Part shown: piece after piece, positions 23,884 through 36,733 of the stretch | Layout of the letters: every line of letters begins with the position of its first letter | How positions within the stretch are numbered: position 1 is the first letter of the stretch | Notes under the pieces: generated by a model | What the model saw: only the letters and a program-made list of their open reading frames with translations | Told to the model about the DNA's origin: nothing | The model's database searches: none | Assembly: GCA_002245135.1 (NCBI GenBank) | Contig: NGBS01000326.1 | Span: forward strand, 1 to 64,000 | Direction: 5' to 3' | Origin: Proteromonas lacertae | Lineage: Eukaryota | DNA: 64,000 nt | Position numbers and translations under genes: made by a program

Positions 23884-25989
23884 TTATTTTATATCTAATT
23901 TTCCATCTTCATTTATCATCATTGTTTTATTTGTTTTTATTTTTAACACATCTTCTTCTTCTTCTTCTTCTTTATCTGAAATACTTTCACTTCCTATTTC
24001 ATTGTTTGATATTTCATTTTTACTTTCATCACTATTATTATTCTTATTGAATCTAGATGATAATCTTGTTTTGGGATTTTCATAAACATGAAAATTTCTT
24101 TTGAAACATCCTTTACTTTCTATATTATGATGTTCATCTTTACATTTTTCCCATTCTTTACCATAAACATAATTTCCTCCTCCTTTCGCTAAAAATGGAT
24201 GAAATATACAAACATTTGGAGATAAAAAGTCATTCAAACCACATTTTATACATGTTTTTGTACTATTATGAGAAGATGAAAATTTGTTTGTTTTATTGTT
24301 TGAATTGATTGTTGTTGTTGTTGTTGATGGTAATGATGAGGATAATGATTTTGATGTTGTGTTCTTTATTTCTTTTATTATATTATTCTCTGGTAAAGAT
24401 GAAGAAAATAACAAACATTGACTTTTTGATTTCTTTTTCAATTTTTGATTCTCGTAATATTCCGTTAAATCTTTCAATTTCTTTTCATAACTACTTTTTA
24501 ATCTTTCGATTATTATCTTGTTGTTATTATACATTTCTTCTTGAATATTATTACATTTATATTCTAACATCTTATTCAATTTATCTGGTTTTATCATGGA
24601 ATCCATTTCTTTTTCATAATATTCTTTTAATTCTTTTATATATTTTTCATGACTTTCATTTAATAGTTTTAATTTATTCTCTAAATCAAATATTGTCTTT
24701 TCATATTCTTTCATTATTCTTTCATTTTTCTCTTTCTCTTTTTCTATTTCTTTATTATGTTCATTCTCTTCTTTATTCAGTTTATCTTCATTCTTTTTCA
24801 TTATTTCTTTCAATTTATCATTCTCTTTCTTCATTTCTTCATATTTCATTTCATATTCTTTCTCTAAATCTTTTCTTTTGTTATAATATTCATATTCTAA
24901 ATCATTCTTTATTTCTTTCACTTTTATCTCATTTTCTTCTCTTCTTTTTATCATCTCATATTCTAATGATTCACTACTTTTTACACTACTTTCTAATTCT
25001 TTTATTCTTTTATTATTATCTTTTATTACTTCATTCAACTCATTCATTTTCACTATTAATTCTTCTTTTGACATTTCATTCATATCTTTTTCTTCATTTT
25101 CTATTTTCATCTCATTTTCATTTTTTGATTCATTCTCATTTATTTCTGGATTTAATATCTTTTCTATATTCTCTAATAAATCTAATAATATTATCTTTAA
25201 ATTGTTTAATATATTCTTCTTTTCACTTTCTTTGTTCTTCATTGATAATAAATATTGTTTTATTGATTCTATTGAATTTGTTGTGAGAAATGAAGATATT
25301 GGATAATCAAATGATGATAATGATTCTTTATTATTACTCTCTTCTCCTTTAACTTCTTTTATTTCTTCATTATTATTATTATTTATATTAACATTTGGTG
25401 TGTTTATTATTGAATTTGATTCACTTTCATTTATCTTTGTTTTGGGAATTAATCTATTGCTTTTATTATTCTCTTCTTTTGTTTTATTATTATTATCACT
25501 TTCACTATCTGTGAATAGAATTGAATGCAGTTCTTTTAGTCTATTCTCTAAATGATTCACGATTTCTACACTTTCATTGTTTTCACTATCGGCATCACAT
25601 GAATATAAACTATACACATTATCATTTGAGTTTATAACTGGATTTATTGAAGAGATTTCATAACCACACACTTCGGAGGATATTTTATTTTGATTATTAC
25701 AGAATGAACAATTGTCATATGTATGAGTTGATTTTAACTTTTTCAAATGGTTTGAGGAAGAAATGGAGGAAGAAGAATCTGAGGAATATGGAATATTCAA
25801 AAATATATCTCTATCAGGAGTTTCATTTTTATAACTACTCTCATATTTCTTTAAAGTAGTCTTGTTTTTGATTTTCTTTGTTTTAGGTTTATCTGAGTAT
25901 GATATTTCAATATTATCTATGACCATTATATGAATACATAGGATTATACATTGTTTTAATGAATTAGTGTTTGAATGTCTTTGTTTCAT
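23884..25989 (-). CDS. Coiled-coil protein with C-terminal Cys/His (putative Zn-binding) motif; copy A (intact)
   Basis: 701-aa ORF containing a likely in-frame 33-nt intron near the start. Long E/K heptad region. Motif CIKCG..CIFHP..WEKC..H..GC..H. Confidence 0.7.
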   Translation of the reverse strand: MKQRHSNTNSLKQCIILCIHIMVIDNIEISYSDKPKTKKIKNKTTLKKYESSYKNETPDRDIFLNIPYSSDSSSSISSSNHLKKLKSTHTYDNCSFCNNQNKISSEVCGYEISSINPVINSNDNVYSLYSCDADSENNESVEIVNHLENRLKELHSILFTDSESDNNNKTKEENNKSNRLIPKTKINESESNSIINTPNVNINNNNNEEIKEVKGEESNNKESLSSFDYPISSFLTTNSIESIKQYLLSMKNKESEKKNILNNLKIILLDLLENIEKILNPEINENESKNENEMKIENEEKDMNEMSKEELIVKMNELNEVIKDNNKRIKELESSVKSSESLEYEMIKRREENEIKVKEIKNDLEYEYYNKRKDLEKEYEMKYEEMKKENDKLKEIMKKNEDKLNKEENEHNKEIEKEKEKNERIMKEYEKTIFDLENKLKLLNESHEKYIKELKEYYEKEMDSMIKPDKLNKMLEYKCNNIQEEMYNNNKIIIERLKSSYEKKLKDLTEYYENQKLKKKSKSQCLLFSSSLPENNIIKEIKNTTSKSLSSSLPSTTTTTINSNNKTNKFSSSHNSTKTCIKCGLNDFLSPNVCIFHPFLAKGGGNYVYGKEWEKCKDEHHNIESKGCFKRNFHVYENPKTRLSSRFNKNNNSDESKNEISNNEIGSESISDKEEEEEEDVLKIKTNKTMMINEDGKLDIK

Positions 25990-26690
25990 TTTGAATTTTC
26001 AAAAATGCTTGATGAAAAGTTTGCAAAAGTATTTTGATAAAATTGATTATATTCCTTTAATAATGATACAATTATAATATTATTAAAACAATGAACAGAA
26101 ATAAAGCATATTGTATATGTATCGAATATAAAAATATGAATATAATCTACATTTACGAAAAATAGAAGAAGAGGTATTAATGGTAGTTGTGAAGATAAAC
26201 TATAATAATTTAAATTATGAATATCATTTTATGTTAATTATGCATGAGTTCTTGAATAAATATCGAAAATTGTGAAAATAGAGTATAATAATATTTATAT
26301 AAAAATAGAATAAATGTTTCACAGTCACTAACATTCAATTCATATATAATAGAGAAAGAATATTGATATGAAGATGAAGAATATAGATTTTGTGAAGAAA
26401 GGACTAATATTTTCAATTGTATAATGATTTAAAAGATGTACTTAAAATCCTCATTTACTCAATAACTTAATTATAGAAGTTATTACTCATGAGATAATTG
26501 AAAAGTGTATTTTTCGCTGTTACTATGTTTTTCATATTATATTCACAATTTAAATTAGATTATAATGGTGATAAAATTTAAATAATATAAGATTAATGAT
26601 AATTACTCAACAGATTATTACCCATTTTTGTAAATATGGTAAATAAATCAATAATCTATTTCATAAAAAATGATTAAAAACAATAATCTA

Positions 26691-27830
26691 TTAATGTCTT
26701 CTATTTTGCAATCGTTTTCTACAAGAATCGATCAAATTCTTTGTAATTCTCTTTTCTTCCTGCTCTTTATAATATAATGGTAATATCTTCTCTCTTGTTT
26801 CACTTATTATCTTGTTTCTCTTTGATACAATAATATTCAACTCAGAAATGCATTTCCTTATATCACAACAAATCTCATCATTTTCTTGACTATCAATTTC
26901 ACTGTCAATTAAACCTTCTTCTTTTAGTAATGACTTCAAATTTGATTGTACTTCTTCACTACTTATATCATCATATTTTTCTAGTTTTGGATATTTTATT
27001 TTACTTTGTTCTACTGGTAATAAACATGAAATTAGTTTTTCTTCTAAATTTCTATTCATTTATAATTATTTATAAATATTTATACATTACTGGTGGAGCT
27101 TGTTGTTGTTGTTGTTGTTGTGTTCTATTATTATTATTATTTATTTCATTTCTCTTTCTTTTTATTCCCAAAGGAGGAATTTGTGTTATTGAATCATCAT
27201 CTATTTATAATGATAATAATCATTAATACTATTAAGTGAAACATATTTCAATAAATTACTTGGATCAGAGAAATAAGTATTTACAAAATCAATAAATGTT
27301 TTACATTTATTTAATACTTCTTCACACTATTATTAAAAATTAACAAATATATATACACTTCGTAATATATCTTCAGAAAAAGATCCATTCTCTAGAATAA
27401 CAGATATATTACTCTTATCATTATGAGTCGAGATTTTTGGCTGTGGAATTCTTCTTAATTTGAATGTTAAATTGTCTCTACGAAGTATAGAATATGAATC
27501 TGTTGTTTTATTGAGTATATTCTTCATTATTGCTTCATATTCTTCCATTTTCTGTTTATGTGCTGAATCATTGGGATGAATTGCTATTATATTCTCTAAT
27601 CTTGTTCTTTGAGCGGATAACATCTTTATTCTACCTTCAGCTCCTTTTTTTATTTCTTCAAGTTGTAGCATTAATGACCTTTTATTCTCTGAATTGAATG
27701 TAGTAAAATCTTTAAACTTCTTCAAAACTGAAAGATCTTGTCTGTGTGGACCTTCCATTTTCTCTAAACTAAAAGGTATAGAATCTATGTAAACAGTATC
27801 TATGCTTGTAATTGTTATATTCTTCGGCAT
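26691..27830 (-). CDS. ADA3/NGG1-like SAGA complex subunit
   Basis: FIDFVNTYFSDP and NDEICCDIRKCISEL resemble the ADA3 FW..Y-F and DDEI..ELR..Q.EL motifs; spliced from several exons. Confidence 0.55.
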
Positions 27831-27884
27831 TTTATTTTATTCGAAAAAATAAAATGATTTAAAATAATATATCCGTTTCAAATT

Positions 27885-28488
27885 ATGTTTTTCTCATTAT
27901 CAAAAACATTACAAATTACAAAAATATGTTCACAGAGTTTTATAATCTATAATCAATACCTTCGATGCTTTGCTAAGAATATAGACATACCTTTAACACA
28001 ATTATCTTTCAACTACTCTCGTTCTTCTGGTCCTGGTGGTCAAAATGTTAATAAAGTAAATACAAAAGTTGAACTGAGATTAAAGATTGATGATATAGAA
28101 TGGATTCCTCAGTATGTATTTATATAATATTAAAATCTCTCTAGAGATGCAAAGAATAGATTATATACAAAATATAAAAACAAAATCAATTCAGAGAATG
28201 AATTAATAATTAAAAGCCAAGAAACAAGGTATGAGTGTTAAATATAATGCATTATTGTATAGATATCAGAATAAGAACAGAAATTTATGTATTGATAAAC
28301 TAAAAGAAATAATAAGTGATGTTAGTGTAATTCCGATAGAAAGAATAACAGTTTATGGTATAATATATATATATTATATCGTAATAGAACCTTCTGAAGA
28401 AGAAAAACGTAGAAGAGTAGTATATAAACGTAAAAGATCAGAAATTAAGCAAAATAGAAAAAGTAAGAATCTAGATAGTCTTTTTTAA
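27885..28488 (+). CDS. ICT1: Mitochondrial peptidyl-tRNA hydrolase ICT1/ArfB-like
   Basis: [20 protein letters not shown] motif, basic C-terminal tail, presequence-like N-terminus, three short introns. Confidence 0.9.
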
Positions 28489-28554
28489 CATATATTTTAT
28501 GTTTAATATACCTATACATGCATAAATAAACAAACATTTCTTCAACAAAATTAA

Positions 28555-28924
28555 TTAATAATCTTCATGTTGAATCCTTGATCGAGATTTATACATTTTC
28601 TTCACTTCATTCATAATTTCATCACTTTTATTATTGGGAGCTTTTTTCTTATTATATGTTTTATTATCATTCAAATCTTGAAACCTTTGTGATAATATTG
28701 AATATATTGAATTGTTAGTTTTATTTGCTCTATTATCCAGTTCTGAGTTAATTGCATATCCAATCTCTTCTTCTCTTTCATCTATTTCATCATCGTCTTC
28801 ACTATCTGTTATTTCCAATTCTTTAAACTGTCTTGTTACTATATCTAATGTAACTATTCTCTTCTTCTTTTTTGGTTTTAATTGTTTCATTGCTTCTCTT
28901 CTATCCTCTTCAGTTGTCCCTATA

Positions 28925-28964
<40 letters not shown>

Positions 28965-30065
28965 TATACAAGAATCATAAGCCATTGAGAAATAATCAAC
29001 TTGATCATCAAAACTATCAATATAATAATAATTATAATAACTATACACTCTTTGTCTATCAATCTGTTCTTTATCATATTGAAGTAATCTATTCTTTTGT
29101 TCTATTGCTTTCATTTCATTATCATCATAAACATTTATTTCACGATGTTGATTCTTAATCTATATTTATGTATATATGATAATAATAATTACTTTCTTTA
29201 TTATTTCATCTCTATTGATTGATATTCCACAAGATGGACAATTCTTTTGTTTTTCATCTTTTTTGCACATTATAAATCCACAGTTTATACAATTAATATA
29301 TAAATCATGAATAATTCCCATACATTTTATATCACATTTTGATTTAGGTGGTGGATTTATAAACTCAACTGATTTTTGAAGATTTGAATAATCATTATCA
29401 TCTTCATTAATTATAATATCATCTTCTAAAATATTGTTATTTTCACTTTTATTGTGTAAATTTGCTATACTTTGTTTCAATGCAAGTTCTATTTGCATTT
29501 CTTCAGACATATTACATATTTCATTATCATCAACACATACTTCATCATCAGACATTATCTCTCTTCCATCATTACACACTCTAATCTCATTCTTTTCTTT
29601 CTTCTTATTCTTCTTGCTTTTCTTTTTATTTTTGGGAATATATTGATCTTCTTCTTGTTTTTTAGGAAGTACAATTGTGTAACCTGGTAGTTCTGGGATT
29701 GGTTCAGATTTCTTTGGTGGTTCTGGTTCTGAACCTACTAAATGCTTAAACAAATATTCTTTTTTAGTTGGAGCTGCATAAGAAAATTGTGATTGACTCT
29801 ATAAACTAGGTAAAAAAAGAAATACTTCATTTCTGTGAAAATAATCATAGAGTCTATTTGATATTCTTTTGTAATCTTCATTTGGACCAAATTGTGATTT
29901 TAGCATTTCATCTCTATCCTTATCATCATCCATTGATAAGAAATACCTAAAATTAACATCGATTCAATACATTGCAATGCTTTCTGCATCTTCTTTGGGA
30001 AGTTTTAATATATTCACTAATTCTTCAGTCAACCACTCAGAAATTATATTTCTTTCCATTTTCAT
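28555..30065 (-). CDS. TRIP4: Activating signal cointegrator 1 / Rqt4-like C2HC5 zinc-finger protein
   Basis: C2HC5 finger KCMGIIHDLYINCINCGFIMC..CPSCG; KNRLLQYDK and DDQVDYF motifs; N-terminal PWI-like EWLTEELVNIL. Confidence 0.8.
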
Positions 30066-30163
30066 TCAAACAAGAATCAAGCTAATAGAATTTAACAATT
30101 TAGAAAAAAATCAACAATTCAATGTAATATAGTTTATTTCGTTAATATCATAGTAGATATAAT

Positions 30164-33100
30164 TTAATTAATAAAGAAAACAATTTCTTCTTCTATTATC
30201 TTACCGTCAACATTTAACATTATAGTTAATAAACCATCATCACTTGCTTTTATTTCCATTTCTATTTCTTCAGATTCATGTTCTCCAATTATTATTTCAC
30301 CTAGTTCTGTCTGATCTGTTGAATTCATTTTATCTTGATATATTTTGATTGAATTACATCTTTTGTGACATCTTATTCTCTTACTACCATAAAATGGTAA
30401 TTTAGTTTGTCTGTTTATCATATTATTCAATATATATCCATCAACCTTATATTTCTTTCCATCTTCACAGTTAATTGATGATTTATCATTAATCTTATAT
30501 TTTTTATAATCTTTATCATATAGCGATTTAGAATATACAGCACATCCTTTACTCACATCTTCTTCAGTATTTTTGCTTTTATGAATTTTTGTATTCTCGA
30601 AATTCTTCCTCAGTAATTCTTCTATTCGAGGTATTAAACTTGATCCACCAACTAATATGAAATAATCAATTTCAGAATCTTTCAATCCAAGTCTATTTAA
30701 GGAGTATTTAACAACATCTATTGTTTTTTTAAACAAATCTTCACATAAATCATTAAACTCTTTTCTTGTTATTGTTTTCTCATATTCTTTATCGCCAAAT
30801 TCTAAACTGATTGTTACTTCCTTACATGATGATATATGTTTCTTTAACTCTTCACAAGATGTATGAATTCTTAGTTTATATCTATCATTATCACTAACAT
30901 CAATTCCTATACTCTCTTTTATATCTTTCTTTATATATTCTTCAATTCTCATTGTTATATCTTCTCCACCTAAATGCTCATCTCCAAATGTTCCCAATAC
31001 TACAACATCTTTTCCTATGAATTCAATAATACTAACATCAAATGTTCCTCCTCCAAAATCATAAACCAATATTTTCCCTTTGTTATTCTCTATTTCATTA
31101 CTAAAAATATATGATAATGCAGCTGCTGTTGGTTCTGATAGTAAATCAACATTTTCTAAACCTGATTTTTCTGCTGCTTCAATAGTTGATCTTCTTTGAT
31201 TATTATTAAAAGTAGCTGGAACTCCAATTATTACCTGAATATCAGATAAATCTACTTCTCTATTGGTTATTTGAGGAAATGAATATGAATTAATATAATT
31301 AATTATTTGTGATAAAACATCAACTGGAGATAAATACACTACTGAATTGTTGTGAATTATTTTATAATATGGATAATCATCTTTCTCTATTATTTCAAAT
31401 GGATAAGAGAATAATTCATTTTCATTAATATCGTATATTTCTTTACCAATAAATCTCTTTGAATCATACAATAATGTTGATTCCCCTTTTATAAGATTTC
31501 GATTCTTTTGAGCTGATAACCCAAAATCTAATTTTAAACTATTATTTTCATAACAAATACAAGAAGGAAATGAATTATTTGAACCATCATTTGGATTAAT
31601 AACATGTATATTTGAATCAACTCCAACAAATGCAGATGATGAATAAGTTGTTCCTAAATCAATTCCATAAGATATTTCTGGATTTTTTATTTGTTTAACA
31701 CCAATGTTAATTGATCTTAATAATATTTCTTTTATTCTGTAATAGTATGAATTCTCATCCTGACAAGAATGAGAATACATTGTTCCTCCGATAGAATATA
31801 TTTCTTCAAGATTAATATTATTTAGAATTGGAATATTATGAAAATTTGATTGAATTAATTCTCTATAATAGGGAATTCTACTAGATACTCCAATTGGAAT
31901 AATAAAATCAATATCTATAACTTTCGCATAATCAATTGATATATTAATAACATGCATTGTTCTATCTATAATTGGTGAGATTATCCAATTAAAAAATGAT
32001 CTACTAAATTCAAATTCATATTTATCATCCTGCAAATCTATCTCAATAACTGTTTCATTAAATACTAATAAACAATCAATTGCTTCTTTACATTTCCTAT
32101 GAATTAGATATCTTTTTCTCTGATTGATTATCACATCATCACCTTTACGCTTTCTAATGTCTTGAATTATATGATCTTCTACAATAGATAATATTTTATA
32201 ACCACTCACTTCATTACTCTCACAATATGATATTAATCTCATGTCATTTCCATCCAAGTTAAATATTGATGATGTAAAACTATTATCTCCAAAATCAATA
32301 ATTAATATATTGCATTTCTTTTTATTAATTAACCCATAACCTATATATGCAAATGCTGCAGCAGTTGGTTCTTTAATCAGCTTTTCCACTTTTAATCCTA
32401 CTAATTCAGCTGCTTTTCTAAATTCTTTTATTTGATTATAAGTAAAATTAGCTGGAATTGTTAATATCAATGGAAAATTATCTCCTATCTGATTAATTGA
32501 ACAATCTTTTACACATTTCAGAATCATTGATAGAATTTCAGTTGGAGAATAATACTTAGTTTGATTATTATACATCACTTCATATAAACAAAATCCATCT
32601 TCTCCTTCAACCAATTTGTATGGTTTATGTTGTAATTCAATTAGATCTAAGTCTTTATACTTTTTACCAATATACTTCATTGCTTCTGAAACTATCGAAT
32701 AATTACTATTATATGATCCAACTAAAAATAGATTACTATTCTTTGAAAAGCTTACAATATTGTTTAAGTTTCTTTTTCCATCATAAAAAGAAACAAATTC
32801 AACATTATCTCTTCTATAATAGGTTGATAATACAGAATTAATTCCTACGCTTATACAAAATGAAAGTGAATTAGGTGGAATATAATCAATTAATTTAATT
32901 CTTTCAATTCCTTTTATCTTATTATTGGCAAATACTGCACAACCAATTGCAACAGCTTCATCTGGACTGATACTTTTTAGTAATGGTATTTCATTAATTT
33001 TCTTCTTCAATCTCTTTTCAAATTCAGGTATTGTACTACTTCCTCCTACACAAATCACATAATTAATATCTCTTATATGTAGATTTTTTCTTTCTAATAA

Positions 33101-34047
33101 TATATCTACAACACTAAGAGTTTTATTTAACATTCTATTAATCAATAGTTGAAGCATTGTTCTTGAAATCTTTTTATTAAAATCTTTATCTTTACCTAAT
33201 GAGATTGTCATTTCATAATCATTTGTAAATGATAAATACTTTTTTGCTTCTTCACAAGCTTTATGAACCCTTATTCTTTGTTTAAAGTTTTGATTTACAT
33301 CAATTCCAAGTTGATCTTTTATTTCTTTCTTTATTTTTTCTTCAAATATTCTAGTTATTTCTTCACCACCTATACTATCTTCACCATATCTTCCTATAAT
33401 ACGAATCTCATTATTCTTATACTCAACTATTGCGGCATTAAAACAATTACCACCAAAATCACATATCAAATACTTACTATCTCCTTTCTTTATTAATTGT
33501 TTTTCATTCAATGTTATATACCAGCTTTCTCAGCTGCTTTAATTATATCATTTTTTTGTTGTTCTTTAAATGCAGATGGAATTCCAATCACAACTTCTAC
33601 ATCATCATCGGTTATTGTTTCACTAGCAACTCTTTTTAATGTTATTTTATTTACATCTTTTATTATTTCAGCTGTAATGTCAGTAGGAGAAAGGTTAATC
33701 TCTTTATTATTGTATATTAATTTATAATACGGCAATTCATTACTTTCAACTAGTTTAAAAGGGAATGATTGTAAATCCTCATTATTTATCTCACACCATT
33801 TCTTCCCTATATAGTGTTTAGAGTTGTATAACACTGTAAAGTCAGTATTGGAAATTTTGTTTAAAGCAGCACTACCAATCATTTTCTTATCTGATTTACT
33901 GTCATAACACACATAAGATGGAAATGTATTAGATGAATAAAGTGAATGAAGATTAACAACCCTTGTATAATTATTATCATCAACATATGCAGAGCAGCAT
34001 TTAGAACATCCCAAATCAAAGCCATATGATAGTTTTGGCTTAGACAT
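30164..34047 (-). CDS. Atypical Hsp70-family protein with three tandem ATPase (NBD) domains and degenerate lidless SBD; first domain broken by deletion/frameshift
   Basis: NBD1: GFDLGCSKC..GIPSAF..DFGG..VGGSSTIP..PDEAVAIG. NBD2: TIPANF..EPTAAAFAY..DFGD..GVSSRIP. NBD3: GIDLGTTYS..GVPATF..EPTAAALSY..DFGGGTFDVS..VGGSSLIP. ORFs 33514-34047 and 30164-33511 are split at ~33520. No introns seen. Confidence 0.85.
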
Positions 34048-34141
34048 TTCCTATTTGTTATAAATTATACTGTAAAGATGATAGTAATTTTCATAACCCA
34101 ATTATTTTTTCATAACCCCAAATAACTATATATATAAAATA

Positions 34142-34253
34142 TCAACTTTACCACCACCTCCATTCACAGCACCAGCACTTAGACTAATCAATATCTGAGG
34201 AGGAGGACTAACTGCATCACCAACTGTATTTGTAGAACCAGGCAAAGGTATCA
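34142..34253 (-). repeat. ~110-bp copy of the 3' coding part of the gene at 63447-64000
   Basis: Near-identical direct copy of ~63484-63595 (encodes IPLPGSTNTVGDAVSPPPQILIS..GGGGKVD). Confidence 0.9.
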
Positions 34254-35553
34254 CAATATTCATGTTTATTAACACTTGAAATACAACTTTATATAAAAAA
34301 AATAACATAAATATTTTGTAACTGTTATCTTTACTAATTCTTCACTTTCCAAATACCTAAACTATAACAACTCTTTATAATTATTAATTCTCTTAACATC
34401 GAGATTGAACTTTCAGTTATACTAATTTTTAAACCATCTACTTCATGCCAATTTACACCTACTTCTTCTAATCATTATGCATCATTTTAGTAACAAATCA
34501 ATCAAACATACAATAAGTCAACTTCAATTTAGTGATAATAGTTTATGAGAATGATGCAAATAAAACCAAAATGTTGTGACTGGCTTTTGAATTTCTCATT
34601 TCCAATATATTCAACATAATTAACAATTGGAAATATTAGTTCTTTCTTATCTCCACAAAATCTATATTCTTCATCTTCATATCAATATTCTTTCTCTATT
34701 ATATATGAATTGAATGTATGTGACTATGAAACATTTATTCTATTTTTATATAAATATTATTATACTCTATTTTCACAATTTTCGATAATTCTTCATTAAT
34801 TCATGCATAATTAACATAAAATGATATTCATAATTTAAATTATTACATATTATCTTCACAACTACCATTAATACCCCTTCTTCTATTTTTCGTAAATGTA
34901 GATTACATTCATATTTTTATATTCGATACATATACAATATGCTTTATTTCTGTTTATTGTTTTAATAATATTATAATTGTATCATTATTAAAGGAATATA
35001 ATCAATTTTATCAAAATACTTTTGCAAACTTTTCATCAAGCATTTTTGAAAATTCAAAATGAAACAAAGACATTCAAACACTAATTTATTAAAACAATGT
35101 ATAATCCTATGTATTCATATAATGGTCATAGATAATATTGAAATATCATACTCAGAGAAACCTAAAACAAAGAAAATCAAAAACAAGACTACTTTAAAGA
35201 AATATGAAAGTAGTTATAAAAATGAAACTCCTGATAGAGATATATTTTTGAATATTCCATATTCCTCAGATTCTTCTTCCTCCATTTCTTCCTCAAACCA
35301 TTTGAAAAAGTTAAAATCAACTCATACATATGACAATTGTTCATTCTGTAATAATCAAAATAAAATATCCTCCAAAGTGTGTGGTTATGAAATCTCTTCA
35401 ATAAATCCAGTTATAAACTCAAATGATAATGTGTATAGTTTATATTCATGTGATGCCGATAGTGAAAACAATGAAAGTGTAGAAATCGTGAATCATTTAG
35501 AGAATAGACTAAAAGAACTACATTCAATTCTATTCACAGATAGTGAAAGTGAA
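34247..35553 (+). repeat. Direct repeat of ~41979-43274, including upstream region and 5' part of the coiled-coil gene
   Basis: Sequence from GGTATCACAATATTCATG onward matches 41979 onward with small indels; ~34625-35553 is also the inverted copy of ~25495-26420. Confidence 0.9.
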
Positions 35554-35574
35554 TATAACTATTTTTACAAATGA
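35059..35574 (+). pseudogene. 3'-truncated copy (copy C) of the coiled-coil gene
   Basis: Near-identical to the first ~165 codons of 23884-25989, then diverges at DSESE and stops. Confidence 0.85.
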
Positions 35575-35692
35575 AATGTTCTATTACTTAATTATTAAAA
35601 ATAGTAATATTTAATGTTTTATTGCAAATAACACAAAATAATAATTTATAATCAATAATAATATATTAATCTGAATCACTATGTTCTTTCTT

Positions 35693-36733
35693 CTATTTTT
35701 TACCTTTTGCCATTTTTCTTTTCTTAAGATATTCCCATCTCTTATAATTTCTACAATAAAAACATTGTTTCTCTATTTTTAATGCATTCTCATTAACTGG
35801 TGTACTCTTTTTACCAATTCCAGTTTGTTTATCTCTTGATAAGAATGACCATAATGGCTTATAATGTGCTAATCTTTTACACTTACAAAAACCTTCTATT
35901 TTTACTCTTTCTTCTTCTTCCCATGATAGTCCTACTAATTCTTCACCGCTTCTATTTACTGCACATTCTACACATAAAAATTTATTCTCTATTTTATCAC
36001 AAAAACATCTATATAAATATTTATTTCTATTACATTCACAACATTTTACTTTTTTATATTCATTTAATAAATAGCTTCTCAATGCATTTTTATCAAAATC
36101 AGACGGTAATCCATACAAGAAAGGATCTAAACTGTCAGATAATTTATCTGAAAGAGATAGTGAATTATATATTTGTGGTAATACATTTTTTGGATCTGAT
36201 AAACTTGATAAAGACGAATATTCATCATTTTTAATACTTCCTGATATATTTGAAACATTTGAGATAGATGCATACTGAGAAGATATGTTAGTTGATAATA
36301 ATGGTAATGGAGGTGGTTGTTTTATATCATCTATTATTATATTATTCATAGATTCGGACTTTTGATCTGATGCAAAACTGTTATTCTCTAATGATCGTTC
36401 AAAAGGTAGACTGTAAGAAATATTATCATGTTTAAAACTAATTGAATCAAGCTTCTCGGATAATTTCTCACATTCGTCTTTCGGATTCTTTAATTCATTT
36501 TTACTGCTTCTATCTCTCTGTAAAATTGAATTATTATTTGTGGATGAATCATCAGGAAGTATCTTACCAGAATCTACAAGTAATGGATTATGGTTATATT
36601 GAAAACTATTCATACTATTTCTTGTATTTAAATCAGGTAAATTATCTGGAAATGTTGATTCAACATAATTATAAGTATTGTGATCTTCTAAAAAATTATT
36701 CAAAAACATCAAACTTAAGCTTGAAAAAAACAC
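35693..36733 (-). CDS. Uncharacterised Ser-rich protein with C-terminal Cys-rich (putative Zn-finger) region
   Basis: 346-aa ORF with CCEC..CFC..CVEC..CKC..H..CFYC; start uncertain. Confidence 0.6.
   Translation of the reverse strand: MFFSSLSLMFLNNFLEDHNTYNYVESTFPDNLPDLNTRNSMNSFQYNHNPLLVDSGKILPDDSSTNNNSILQRDRSSKNELKNPKDECEKLSEKLDSISFKHDNISYSLPFERSLENNSFASDQKSESMNNIIIDDIKQPPPLPLLSTNISSQYASISNVSNISGSIKNDEYSSLSSLSDPKNVLPQIYNSLSLSDKLSDSLDPFLYGLPSDFDKNALRSYLLNEYKKVKCCECNRNKYLYRCFCDKIENKFLCVECAVNRSGEELVGLSWEEEERVKIEGFCKCKRLAHYKPLWSFLSRDKQTGIGKKSTPVNENALKIEKQCFYCRNYKRWEYLKKRKMAKGKK

Noticed and set aside
24309..25286. 325-aa hydrophobic ORF (and its twin at 43477-44454)
   Set aside because: Antisense shadow of the E/K-rich coiled-coil gene; the F/L/S/I composition follows from the opposite-strand codons.
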